From assembly GCA_965242865.1 (NCBI GenBank), contig CBDETK010000013.1:4064001-4128000 (forward strand): 64,000 nt of DNA, read 5' to 3'. The notes below the pieces were generated by a model, which was not told the DNA's origin, searched no databases, and worked only from the letters and a program-made list of their open reading frames with translations. This document shows, one piece after another, positions 41,591 to 55,225 of this stretch (positions are counted from its first letter, which is position 1; every line of letters starts with the position of its first letter). Source of the DNA: Candidatus Latescibacterota bacterium (lineage in GTDB: Bacteria > Latescibacterota > UBA2968 > UBA8231). Both the position numbers and the translations under genes were made by a program.

Positions 41591-42739
41591 ATGATCGTTG
41601 GTATCGCACGAGAGACCTTCGCAGGTGAACATCGGGTCGCCTTGGTCCCGGAGGCTGTCGCCGGGTTGTCGGCCTGTAGCGCAGCCATCCTAGTAGAGCC
41701 GGGGGCGGGCGTCGCGGCGGGCTATGCCGATGGGGCGTATGCCGACCGCGGCGCAGAGATCGCGGCCGATCGCGCCGAGGTGTTCGCCCGCGCCGAGGTG
41801 GTGCTACAGGTGCGGACGCTCGGCGCGAACCCGGAGGCCGGTCGTGCGGACTTAGCCCGGATTCGCGCCGGTCAAGTCCTCATCGGGGCCTCAGATCCCC
41901 TGACGGCGGGTCCGCAATTGGCTGCGCTGGCCGATGCCGGAGCGACCCTATTCGCGGTGGAACTGATCCCGCGCATTACCCGCGCCCAGAGCATGGACGT
42001 GCTCTCGTCTATGGCCACGATCGCCGGCTACAAAGCGGTGCTTTTGGCTGCTGAGGCCCTGCCGCGCATGTTTCCGCTCTTGATGACGGCGGCTGGCACG
42101 TTGACGCCGGCCCGAGTGCTGGTCGTCGGGGCCGGGGTCGCCGGTCTTCAGGCCATTGCCACCGCCCGCCGCCTAGGCGCGGTCCTCCGGGCATACGACG
42201 TGCGCCCAGCGGTCCGCGAACAGGTCGAGAGCCTCGGGGCCGAATTCGTAGAGCTGGACATCGACGCGGGCGACTCCGAAGACGCCGGCGGGTACGCGCG
42301 GGCCCAAGACGAGGTGTTCTACCGCCGCCAGCGCGAGGAGTTAGCCAAAGTCGCTGGCCAAAGCGACGTGATCATTACCACGGCCGCCATACCGGGGCAA
42401 CCAGCCCCGCTGTTGATTACGGCCAAGGCCGTGCAGCGCATGAGTCCGGGATCGGTCATCGTCGATTTGGCCGCGGAGCGCGATGGCAACTGCGAGCTGA
42501 CGCGCCCTGGGGAGACGGTCGTAGAGGACGGAGTACAAATCATGGGGCCGCTCAATCTACCGGCGACCGTGCCGCACCACGCTAGTCAAATGTACTCTCA
42601 TAATATAGCGACCTTCTTCCGGCACTTGGCCGGCGAGGGGGCGTTGCAATTCGACATGGAAGACGAAATCACGCGCGAGACCTTGGTATTGCGCGACGGC
42701 CAGATCGTCCATCCGCGCATCCGCAAAGGAGCCTTATAG
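41591..42739 (+). CDS. pntA: NAD(P) transhydrogenase subunit alpha, part 1
   Basis: EHRVALVP, PRITRAQSMDVLSS, GAGVAGLQAIATA, GGYA, DLAAE. Confidence 0.95.
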   Translation: MIVGIARETFAGEHRVALVPEAVAGLSACSAAILVEPGAGVAAGYADGAYADRGAEIAADRAEVFARAEVVLQVRTLGANPEAGRADLARIRAGQVLIGASDPLTAGPQLAALADAGATLFAVELIPRITRAQSMDVLSSMATIAGYKAVLLAAEALPRMFPLLMTAAGTLTPARVLVVGAGVAGLQAIATARRLGAVLRAYDVRPAVREQVESLGAEFVELDIDAGDSEDAGGYARAQDEVFYRRQREELAKVAGQSDVIITTAAIPGQPAPLLITAKAVQRMSPGSVIVDLAAERDGNCELTRPGETVVEDGVQIMGPLNLPATVPHHASQMYSHNIATFFRHLAGEGALQFDMEDEITRETLVLRDGQIVHPRIRKGAL

Positions 42740-43020
42740 TGGAGGTCCTAGTGGCCGCGCTGACGGTGTTTGCCCTCGCCGTCTTCGTCGGCTTTGAAAT
42801 CATCACCAAAATTCCGCCGACCCTGCACACGCCGCTGATGTCCGGCTCCAACGCCATTTCCGGCATCACCCTGATCGGCGCCCTGCTGTCGGCCGGTTCC
42901 GAGCACTCGGCTTGGGCCACCTATTTGGGATTGGCCGCGGTCGTCTTTGCCACGATCAACGTGGTGGGTGGGTTCATGGTCACGCACCGCATGTTGGGCA
43001 TGTTTAGGAGGCGGGACTAG
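42739..43020 (+). CDS. pntA: NAD(P) transhydrogenase subunit alpha, part 2 (membrane)
   Basis: PTLHTPLMSGSNAISG and INVVGGFMVTHRML. Confidence 0.95.
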   Translation: MEVLVAALTVFALAVFVGFEIITKIPPTLHTPLMSGSNAISGITLIGALLSAGSEHSAWATYLGLAAVVFATINVVGGFMVTHRMLGMFRRRD

Positions 43021-43023
43021 CGC

Positions 43024-44397
43024 ATGAGCGCGACCCTGATCAACTTCGCTTACCTAATCGCCTCAGTCCTCTTCATCTTTGGCCTCAAGGGACTGACCCA
43101 CCCGCGCACGGCCGTCCGCGGCAACTTGCTAGGGGCCTTGGGGATGTTGTTGGCCATCGTCGCCACCCTGCTGGACCAGCGGATTCTCTCCGGCGAATAC
43201 ATTGTGCTCGGCGCAGTCGTCGGGGCGCTGGTTGGCATGGCCCTCGCAGTAAAAATTCCCCTAACCTCCATGCCCGAGTTGGTCGCGGTTTTTAACGGCT
43301 TGGGCGGCGGCGCCTCCGCGTTGGTGGCGGGTGCAGCGCTGATTGAGGCGCAGGCCCCTTCCTACCAATTCACGGCCGCTACGGCCGCCTCTGGGATCAT
43401 CGGCGCGGTGACCTTCTGGGGCAGTATCGTGGCCTTTCTCAAGCTGATGGAACTGCTCAAAGGCTTGGTGCGGTTTCCCGGCCAGCAGTTTTGCAATGGA
43501 GTGCTGGTCCTCGGCAGCGCGGGCTTGGGTGCTTGGCTGGTGCTGGGCGAGCCGGACGCCTTCTGGGCCATGATTTGCGTGGCCTCCCTGTTGGGCGTGT
43601 TGCTCGTGGTGCCGATTGGCGGGGCCGATATGCCGGTGGTGATTGCCTTGCTCAATTCGTGCTCGGGGCTGGCCGCGGCCGCAACCGGCTTTGTGCTCGA
43701 CAACAATGTGCTGATCATCGCGGGGTCGTTGGTGGGAGCCTCGGGCCTGATTTTGACGCAGATCATGTGCCGGGCCATGAACCGCTCGCTGGGCAATGTG
43801 TTCTTCGGCGGCGTCGGGGCCGAGGCCGCGAGCGGAACCAGCGACGACGAGGTCTATGCGGGCAAGATCAAATCCACCTCGGCCGAGGAAGTCGCGTTGC
43901 TGTTTGACACGGCCCGGCGCGTGGTGGTCGTCCCCGGCTACGGCATGGCCGTGGGTCAAGCGCAACACGCCGTGCGGGACTTGGCCAATTTGCTCGAAGA
44001 GCGCGGCATTGAGGTCGCGTACGCGATTCATCCGGTGGCGGGCCGGATGCCGGGCCACATGAACGTGCTGTTGGCCGAAGCCGAAGTGCCCTACGACAAG
44101 CTGGTGGAGATGGACCGGATCAACCCGACCTTCCAGCAGACCGATGTGGTGCTAGTCATCGGCGCCAACGATGTCGTCAATCCCCTCGCCCGCGACGAAG
44201 ATTCCGGGCCGATTGCCGGGATGCCCATTCTCGACGTGGATAGTGCGCGCACGGTGGTGGTGATTAAGCGGAGCCTGAGCCCGGGGTTTGCCGGGCTGCC
44301 CAATCCGCTTTTTGCCGCGGAAAACGCGCTGATGTTTTTCGGCAATGCCCGGGAGGCCGTGCTGGATTTGGTGGCCGCGGTAAAGGAAAGCGGATAG
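43024..44397 (+). CDS. pntB: NAD(P) transhydrogenase subunit beta
   Basis: PIGGADMPVVIALLNS, VPGYGMAV.QAQH, HPVAGRMPGHMNVLLAEA, GANDVVNP. Confidence 0.96.
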   Translation: MSATLINFAYLIASVLFIFGLKGLTHPRTAVRGNLLGALGMLLAIVATLLDQRILSGEYIVLGAVVGALVGMALAVKIPLTSMPELVAVFNGLGGGASALVAGAALIEAQAPSYQFTAATAASGIIGAVTFWGSIVAFLKLMELLKGLVRFPGQQFCNGVLVLGSAGLGAWLVLGEPDAFWAMICVASLLGVLLVVPIGGADMPVVIALLNSCSGLAAAATGFVLDNNVLIIAGSLVGASGLILTQIMCRAMNRSLGNVFFGGVGAEAASGTSDDEVYAGKIKSTSAEEVALLFDTARRVVVVPGYGMAVGQAQHAVRDLANLLEERGIEVAYAIHPVAGRMPGHMNVLLAEAEVPYDKLVEMDRINPTFQQTDVVLVIGANDVVNPLARDEDSGPIAGMPILDVDSARTVVVIKRSLSPGFAGLPNPLFAAENALMFFGNAREAVLDLVAAVKESG

Positions 44398-44457
44398 GAG
44401 CCGGTACTCCACGAAATGGCGTCGTCGGTCGACAGGATCTCAAACTAGGAAAATTAA

Positions 44458-49044
<4,587 letters not shown>

Positions 49045-49063
49045 AGGATAAGGAAAGGAATCA

Positions 49064-50557
49064 ATGGGTAAACCCACCGGATTCATCGAATTTGTACGCG
49101 AGTTACCGCAAGACCGCGACCCTTTAGAGCGCGTCGCGGACTGGGACGAGTTCCACGAGCACTTTCCCGACCAGCGCCTGCGTGATCAAGGGGCGCGCTG
49201 CATGGACTGCGGCATTCCCTTTTGCCACTTGGGCGACGTCGTCAGTCAGGGCGACAAAGGCTCGGGCTGCCCGATCAACAACTTAATCCCCGAATGGAAC
49301 GACTTAGTTTATCGCGGGTTGTGGCGGGAGGCGCTGGAGCGGCTACACAAGACCAACAACTTCCCGGAGTTTACTGGCCGGGTCTGCCCGGCGCCCTGCG
49401 AGGGGGCCTGCGTGGTGGGGATCAACGCCCCGCCGGTGACGATCAAGAGCGTTGAGTGCGCCATTGTCGATAAAGGCTTTGAGATGGGCTGGGTCGTGCC
49501 CGAGCCGCCGGACAAGCGCACCGGCAAGAAAGTCGCCATCGTTGGCTCAGGCCCGGCCGGCTTGGCCTGCGCCGCCCAGCTCAATCGCGCCGGCCACTGG
49601 GTGACCGTGTACGAGCGGGCCGATCGCATCGGCGGCTTGCTGATGTACGGAATACCGAACATGAAGCTCGACAAGCAAAAGGTGGTGCAGCGCCGGGTTG
49701 ACTTAATGGAGGCCGAGGGCGTCAAATTCGTCACCTGCACCGAAATCGGCGTGGATCTGCCGGCGACCCAGCTCGTGGAAGAGAACGACGCGGTCGTGCT
49801 CTGCGGCGGGGCTACCAAGCCCAACGATCTGCCGATTGAGGGGCGCGATCTAAAGGGCATCTACTTTGCGATGGACTTTTTGCGCGCCAACACCAAGAGC
49901 CTGCTCGACTCCAAGCACGCGGACGGCAACTACATCTCGGCCGAGGACAAGCACGTGATCGTCATCGGCGGCGGCGACACCGGCACCGACTGCGTGGGCA
50001 CGTCCATGCGCCACGGCTGCAAGACGCTCTCGCAGTTTGAGATCATGCCTCGGCCACCGGACGAGCGCGCGCCCAACAACCCTTGGCCGCAGTGGCCCAA
50101 CGTCTATAAGCTCGACTACGGTCAGGAGGAGGCCAAAGCTCGCTTCGGCGACGACCCGCGCACGTATCTGATTATGACCCAGCGGTTCGTCGGCGACGAC
50201 GAGGGCCGCGTCGAGGCGTTGCACACGGTCAATATCGAGTGGGGTCAGGATGAAAACGGCCGCTTCACGCCCGTGCCGATAGAAGAGACTGAGAAGGTCT
50301 GGCCGGCCGATTTGGTGCTCTTGGCGATGGGGTTCCGCGGGCCAGAGGACGCGCCGCTCGATCAGCTAGGCGTTGAGCGCGACGAGCGGTCCAACGCCCG
50401 GGCCGAGCACGAGAAATACGCCACCAGCGTTGAGGGTGTTTTCGCTGCTGGCGACATGCGGCGCGGCCAGAGCTTGGTCGTGTGGGCGATCAACGAAGGC
50501 CGGGGGGCCGCCCGCGAGGTGGACCGCTATCTAATGGGCGGTACGCAGCTACCCTAA
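49064..50557 (+). CDS. gltD: Glutamate synthase small subunit
   Basis: [55 protein letters not shown]. Confidence 0.96.
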   Translation: MGKPTGFIEFVRELPQDRDPLERVADWDEFHEHFPDQRLRDQGARCMDCGIPFCHLGDVVSQGDKGSGCPINNLIPEWNDLVYRGLWREALERLHKTNNFPEFTGRVCPAPCEGACVVGINAPPVTIKSVECAIVDKGFEMGWVVPEPPDKRTGKKVAIVGSGPAGLACAAQLNRAGHWVTVYERADRIGGLLMYGIPNMKLDKQKVVQRRVDLMEAEGVKFVTCTEIGVDLPATQLVEENDAVVLCGGATKPNDLPIEGRDLKGIYFAMDFLRANTKSLLDSKHADGNYISAEDKHVIVIGGGDTGTDCVGTSMRHGCKTLSQFEIMPRPPDERAPNNPWPQWPNVYKLDYGQEEAKARFGDDPRTYLIMTQRFVGDDEGRVEALHTVNIEWGQDENGRFTPVPIEETEKVWPADLVLLAMGFRGPEDAPLDQLGVERDERSNARAEHEKYATSVEGVFAAGDMRRGQSLVVWAINEGRGAAREVDRYLMGGTQLP

Positions 50558-50595
50558 GCGGCGACAAGTCGCGCAAAAGAAAACCCTCACTTCCT

Positions 50596-50802
50596 ATGAC
50601 GACAACGGAGCGAATCGTTCATCATCTACAGTCGCTTTCCGAGCCGAGACGGTTGGAAGTACTAGATTTTGTTGAATTTATCAAGTCGCGAAGCCGCGAG
50701 GAAAATGCCGTCTGGTCCGAATTGTCGCTGGCGTCTGCGATGCGCGGGATGGAACGAGAAGAAAGCCTTTATACGTCGGAAGACATCAAAGAGCCGCCGT
50801 AA
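50596..50802 (+). CDS. DUF2281-like putative antitoxin
   Basis: 68 aa, LSEPRRLEVLDFVEFI...WSELSLASAMRGME...YTSEDIKE; stop overlaps the toxin ATG. Confidence 0.75.
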   Translation: MTTTERIVHHLQSLSEPRRLEVLDFVEFIKSRSREENAVWSELSLASAMRGMEREESLYTSEDIKEPP

Positions 50803-51158
50803 TGGTGCAGGAGGGGCAGATCGTTCTATTTGCGTTTCCGCAAACAGATCAAGTAGCTGGCAAATTGCGTCCTGCACTCGTTCTGCGTGCTCTACCAGGG
50901 ACGCATGGCGATTGGCTTATTTGTATGATCTCGTCCCAATTGCACCACGAAGTTGCATACATTGACGAAGTAATCCGCGATTCGGACCCTGACTTTACAC
51001 AAACAGGTCTTAAAACCACGAGTCTTATTCGCGTTACTCGAATTGCCGTAGTTTCAGCGGATCTATTCAAGGGAAGTATCGGCAAAGTGGATAACAGGCG
51101 TCTCGAGCGGATTCAAAATTGTTTAGCCGATTGGTTACGAGCCAGCGACGCGACCTAA
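50802..51158 (+). CDS. PemK/MazF family toxin
   Basis: GQIVLFAFPQTD...KLRPALVL...CMISS...GLKTTSLIR. Confidence 0.88.
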   Translation: MVQEGQIVLFAFPQTDQVAGKLRPALVLRALPGTHGDWLICMISSQLHHEVAYIDEVIRDSDPDFTQTGLKTTSLIRVTRIAVVSADLFKGSIGKVDNRRLERIQNCLADWLRASDAT

Positions 51159-51233
51159 CTAGCCGTGGTGAAATTTCACATCTCCAAAGTCAGAGGTATT
51201 GACATTTTTTAGGGCGTCGCTGCTTTTTGGTGC

Positions 51234-52163
51234 TCATCCATTGGGGAAAATGATCCCTGAGTGCATCAGCGTCCTGAGCGTTATGGCGCAGCCGACGACG
51301 ATGATGACTACTGCGCTCGCGATGGGTAGCCGCTGAATCCAGCGGCCGTCGCCCGAGAAGCGATCGACGAGCGGTCGCGCCTTGACGATGAGGATGCCGA
51401 TGGCGATGAGGATGGCGGCTAGCCCGACGCTGAAAGCTACCAAAAGCAGCAAGCCAAAGGCGATGCGATGCAAGGCCACGGCCAGCAACAGGATCACCAA
51501 CGCTCCCGGACAGGGCACGATACCACCGGAAATTCCCAGCGTTAGCAGACTGCCGAGGGTCACTTTGTCGGGTATCGCATGGCTGTGGCCGTGTTCCCCG
51601 TGAGAGTGATCGTGGTGGTGTCCCTCGTGGGAATGACCGTGATCGTGGTGTGCTTCGTGGGAATGGGTGTGACCGTGGCCCCGTCCTCGGAGGTGACCGA
51701 CCAAAAGCCATGTACCTAGACCTATGATTAGGAGGCCGGAGGCCGTGCCGAGATAGGGGAAAATTTGTTCGGGAAGGATGTATTGAGAGGCAAAGAGTGC
51801 TACCAAGCCCAACAGAATGATGCTCATGGTATGCGTCAGCGTAACGACCCCCCCGAGGAAAAGGGCATTGCCTATCGTGCCGCGTGTGCCGACGAGGTAC
51901 GCCGCGACAATGGTCTTGCCGTGCCCCGGCTCTAACCCGTGGGCCGCGCCTAAAAAAAAGGACAGTGCCAACGCCCCCATGATCAGGCCGAGGGTCAGCT
52001 CTTCCGAGCGCAGCATGTCGCTGAGGGCATCCGTTTCTCCGTCAGCCGCATTGGCCGCTCCGACGGCGTGGATTGACTCGCCGAACTCGTCCCCCCCAGC
52101 CGGGATCGCTAGAACTATTAGTACTAGTAGGAATATTCGCGGTATCGCTCGTTTTGCGGACAT
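51234..52163 (-). CDS. RcnA-like nickel/cobalt transporter with His-rich loop
   Basis: GAAHGLEPGHGKT motif, HGHTHSHEAHHDHGHSHEGHHHDHSHGEHGHSH loop, GGIVPCPGAL. Confidence 0.88.
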   Translation of the reverse strand: MSAKRAIPRIFLLVLIVLAIPAGGDEFGESIHAVGAANAADGETDALSDMLRSEELTLGLIMGALALSFFLGAAHGLEPGHGKTIVAAYLVGTRGTIGNALFLGGVVTLTHTMSIILLGLVALFASQYILPEQIFPYLGTASGLLIIGLGTWLLVGHLRGRGHGHTHSHEAHHDHGHSHEGHHHDHSHGEHGHSHAIPDKVTLGSLLTLGISGGIVPCPGALVILLLAVALHRIAFGLLLLVAFSVGLAAILIAIGILIVKARPLVDRFSGDGRWIQRLPIASAVVIIVVGCAITLRTLMHSGIIFPNG

Positions 52164-52243
52164 GGTTTGCCTCCACCAGACAATGTGCTCGACGAGTTTA
52201 TGCCGCCGGCCTCACCCAACCGGACACGGGATTTGCTGCGTCC

Positions 52244-52292
52244 GGGATCGAGGGCGTCCCGCCCTTGACGAGGGCAAGATGCCCTCGATCCC
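52244..52292. repeat. REP-like inverted repeat
   Basis: GGGATCGAGGGC GTCCCGCCCTTGACGAGGGCAAGAT GCCCTCGATCCC; 12-bp perfect outer arms. Confidence 0.75.
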
Positions 52293-52392
52293 AGGTGTAG
52301 TAAGGGCCGCGACAGTTAATGGGGCGAAATAAATGGCGTTTCTGATAAGGGGGCAAGCACCGCGCCCTCGTCCTCCCAGCGGCGATGACCGC

Positions 52393-53166
52393 TCACCCCT
52401 TCGGCACCACCAGTGCGCGGTCGCCGTAGGGGATTGAATCCATTTCGGTGTCGTAGATTCGCTCCAGAAAGTCGCGGTCCCACGGCCGCTCGGCCGCCGG
52501 TAGCCGCTCTACCGCGCCATCCTTGAGGAAAATGAAGTGATCTCCGTATAGGAAAGCGCTGTTGGGGTCGTGCAGGACGGCGAGGACCGTGAGGTCGGCA
52601 TCGACCAATTCGCGGATTAGGCGCAGCAGGTGCGCTTGGTTGAGGAAATCGAGGTGCGAGCTCGGTTCGTCGAGGAGGATGAGCCGGGGCTGCTGTGCCA
52701 GAACCCGCGCGATGCGGACGAGCTGTTGCTCCCCCCCCGATAGCTCGGTGTAAGCGCGTTCCTTGAGATGGATAATGCCGACCCGCTCCAGCGCGGCCGT
52801 GCAGATTTCGACGTCCTCCCGCTTGGGGACATAAGCGACGTAGCTGGCGCGGCCAGTCAGGACCACGTCTTGGACGGAAAAGGGGAAAACGGGGCGGTGG
52901 TGCTGGGGTAAGTAGCCGAGGACGCGGGCTCGCCGCCGGGACGAGAAAGCGCGGAGTTCCTCCTCGTAGATATGCACTTGGCCGCGCTCAAAGTCGAGGA
53001 GGCCGCCGAGAATGCGCATGAGCGTTGATTTGCCGCTGCCGTTTTTGCCGAGCAGGACAGTGAACTGCCCGGTCGGGATTTCCAGCGAAATCTCGTTGAG
53101 GATCGGCCTTCCTTCGTAGGCAAAGAAGAGCTTCTCCACTCGAATCGCGGGGGCTAGGTCTCCCAT
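52393..53166 (-). CDS. ABC transporter ATP-binding protein (iron-siderophore/cobalamin type)
   Basis: GKNGSGKST, LSGGEQQ, LLDEP, VLHD. Confidence 0.92.
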   Translation of the reverse strand: MGDLAPAIRVEKLFFAYEGRPILNEISLEIPTGQFTVLLGKNGSGKSTLMRILGGLLDFERGQVHIYEEELRAFSSRRRARVLGYLPQHHRPVFPFSVQDVVLTGRASYVAYVPKREDVEICTAALERVGIIHLKERAYTELSGGEQQLVRIARVLAQQPRLILLDEPSSHLDFLNQAHLLRLIRELVDADLTVLAVLHDPNSAFLYGDHFIFLKDGAVERLPAAERPWDRDFLERIYDTEMDSIPYGDRALVVPKG

Positions 53167-54161
53167 CCGATCCGCGCCTTTTTGAGAAGGAAGATGAAGA
53201 ACGGCCCGCCGAGCAAGGTGGTGAAGACCCCGACCGGGATTTCAAAGGCGGCCAACGTGCGCGAGCAGGTATCGACCAGCAGCAGGAACGCGCCGCCGAA
53301 GGCAAAGGAGGCCGGCAGGGTGTGGCGGTTGTCCGGCCCCAGCAACATGCGCACCATGTGCGGCACGGCGAGGCCGATCATGCTGATGACGCCGGCCACG
53401 GCAATCGCCGCGGAGGCGGCCAAGGTCGCCGGAATGAGCACTAACACCCGCTCCCGCTCTGGGTTCAGGCCGACTGCGCGGGCCTCTTCGTCGCCTTGGG
53501 CGAGCACGTTCATGCGCCAGCGAAAGAGGAACAGCCAGACCACGCCGATGCCCACCCCCGGGGCGGCCGATTGCAGCTTGGCCCAGCTCGAATTGTGCAG
53601 GTTGCCCATAGTCCAGTGGACGATGGTTTGGAGCTTGTACGGGTCGGTGAGGAACTGGACGATGGTCAGCAGGGCGGTGAAAATCCCGGTGACGATCACG
53701 CCCGAGAGGATGAGGGAGACGACCGACACGGTCTTGCGGGTGCGAGCTAAGAAGTAAGCCAAGCCCACGGCGATCAGGCCAAAGCCGAAGGCCGTCGGCT
53801 GGACGGGCAGAAACGGCAGCACCAGCGCTAGGGCCGCGCCAAAGGCCGCGCCCGAGGACAGCCCGAGGATGTAGGGGGCCACGAGGGGGTTGCGAAACAG
53901 CGCCTGCAAGGCGTTGCCGGCCGCGGCCAAGGCCCCCCCCACCAGAAAGGTGAGGAGGATGCGCGGCAGGCGCACCTCCCAGACGATGGTGCCAATCAGT
54001 GCTTCTTCGCTGCTGGGGGCCGTTGCGCGGAACAGCAGGCCGTAGAGATAGACGAGGATTTTCCCGGCCTCTGCGCTGGCCGAAGGGCCGAGCAGCAGGG
54101 AGCCTAAGAGGACCGGCAGCGGCAGGGCGTAAATGAGGCGGCGGCGGAACGCGCTGTTCAC
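53154..54161 (-). CDS. FecCD/BtuC family ABC permease
   Basis: VRLPRI, QALFRNPL, EEARAVGL, IGLAVPHMVR, EIPVGVFT. Confidence 0.92.
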   Translation of the reverse strand: MNSAFRRRLIYALPLPVLLGSLLLGPSASAEAGKILVYLYGLLFRATAPSSEEALIGTIVWEVRLPRILLTFLVGGALAAAGNALQALFRNPLVAPYILGLSSGAAFGAALALVLPFLPVQPTAFGFGLIAVGLAYFLARTRKTVSVVSLILSGVIVTGIFTALLTIVQFLTDPYKLQTIVHWTMGNLHNSSWAKLQSAAPGVGIGVVWLFLFRWRMNVLAQGDEEARAVGLNPERERVLVLIPATLAASAAIAVAGVISMIGLAVPHMVRMLLGPDNRHTLPASFAFGGAFLLLVDTCSRTLAAFEIPVGVFTTLLGGPFFIFLLKKARIGWET

Positions 54162-55222
54162 GGGCTATTTTCCTGCCCCAATGAGAGGGGCGGTAGGTCT
54201 CCGAGCCGCCCCCCGTATAGCTTGTTTAGCAGGCTGGCCCGCAGCTTTTCCAAATCCGTTGCGGAGAAGCTGCTTGGGTAGCACCAGCGGGCGACGAGAT
54301 CGACGGTGAAGATGTATTTGAGGGTCCAGAAGTCGCACGAGAAGGGATCGGGTAGCTCGTGGACCTGCCCGTTGCGCACGGCCGAGAGCGAGCGCCAGCC
54401 GGATAGCTCGCCGATGTCCGCGGCATCGAGCCGGTCGTTGCACCACATAATGATCCGCTCTGGGTTCCAGACGAGGACGTTTTCGAGGTTGACGACGAGG
54501 TGCTCTAGCTCGCTGTCGGCCGCCACGTTGGTTCCCCCGGCCAGCTCGATGAGCTCTTGCACGGTGCTGTTGCGGCCGGCCGTCTCCAGCGGCCCTTGGT
54601 CCCACATGAAGTACACGCGCGGCTTGGTGCCGCCGAGGGCTGTCTTGCGCTGCACGGCCGCCAATTCCTCCTCGGCAATGGCGAGGAGCTCGGCCGCCCG
54701 TTCCTCTGTGTCGGTCAGCTTGCCGAGGGCGGTGATCTCGCGGTGAATGTCTGCAAAGCGCTCGATGAAGACGCCGAAAACCGGAATGCCTTTCTCTTCG
54801 AGGGCGGCGATGGATTCTTCTTGACCGGCCCAGAGGATGACTAAGTCGGGCTGCAGCGCGACCATGCTCTCGATGTTGACGAAATCCCAGTTTCCCGGGG
54901 TTGGCAGGGTGCGCTCGCGGATGCGCTGGTCCATGGCCGCGTAGTACGGGAAGACGCTTTCTTGGTAGATGTTGGTTGAAATGCCGACGAGACGCGCTTC
55001 GGCCCCGAGCATGTACAGGCCGCTGAGCGCGCTTTCGAGCAGGCAGACGATGCGCTCGGCCGGCTGGGCCAACTCGATGCGGCGGCCGCGGAAGTCGGTG
55101 ACCGCGACGCCCTCTCCGGCTGCCGGCTCGCTGGCGAGCAGGAGGCCGAAGAGAAGCAGCAAGAGCGGACGCTGGTATGCCGCGACCGCTCTCGTGCGAA
55201 GGATGGCTGCTTCAGCGGGCAT
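54158..55222 (-). CDS. Helical-backbone (BtuF/FhuD-like) periplasmic substrate-binding protein
   Basis: VTDFRGRRIEL..PAERIV, NIESMVALQPDLV, IELAGGTN, LSAVRNGQV. Confidence 0.88.
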   Translation of the reverse strand: MPAEAAILRTRAVAAYQRPLLLLLFGLLLASEPAAGEGVAVTDFRGRRIELAQPAERIVCLLESALSGLYMLGAEARLVGISTNIYQESVFPYYAAMDQRIRERTLPTPGNWDFVNIESMVALQPDLVILWAGQEESIAALEEKGIPVFGVFIERFADIHREITALGKLTDTEERAAELLAIAEEELAAVQRKTALGGTKPRVYFMWDQGPLETAGRNSTVQELIELAGGTNVAADSELEHLVVNLENVLVWNPERIIMWCNDRLDAADIGELSGWRSLSAVRNGQVHELPDPFSCDFWTLKYIFTVDLVARWCYPSSFSATDLEKLRASLLNKLYGGRLGDLPPLSLGQENSP

Positions 55223-55225
55223 TGA

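Noticed and set aside
52164-52392. Cobalamin or NiCo riboswitch upstream of the RcnA-like gene
   Set aside because: I could not identify the conserved riboswitch motifs; the structure present is explained by a REP-like inverted repeat. An Rfam scan would settle it.
52731-52738. Homopolymer tract in the ABC ATPase as a phase-variation site
   Set aside because: It encodes the conserved LSGGE signature and the frame is intact.
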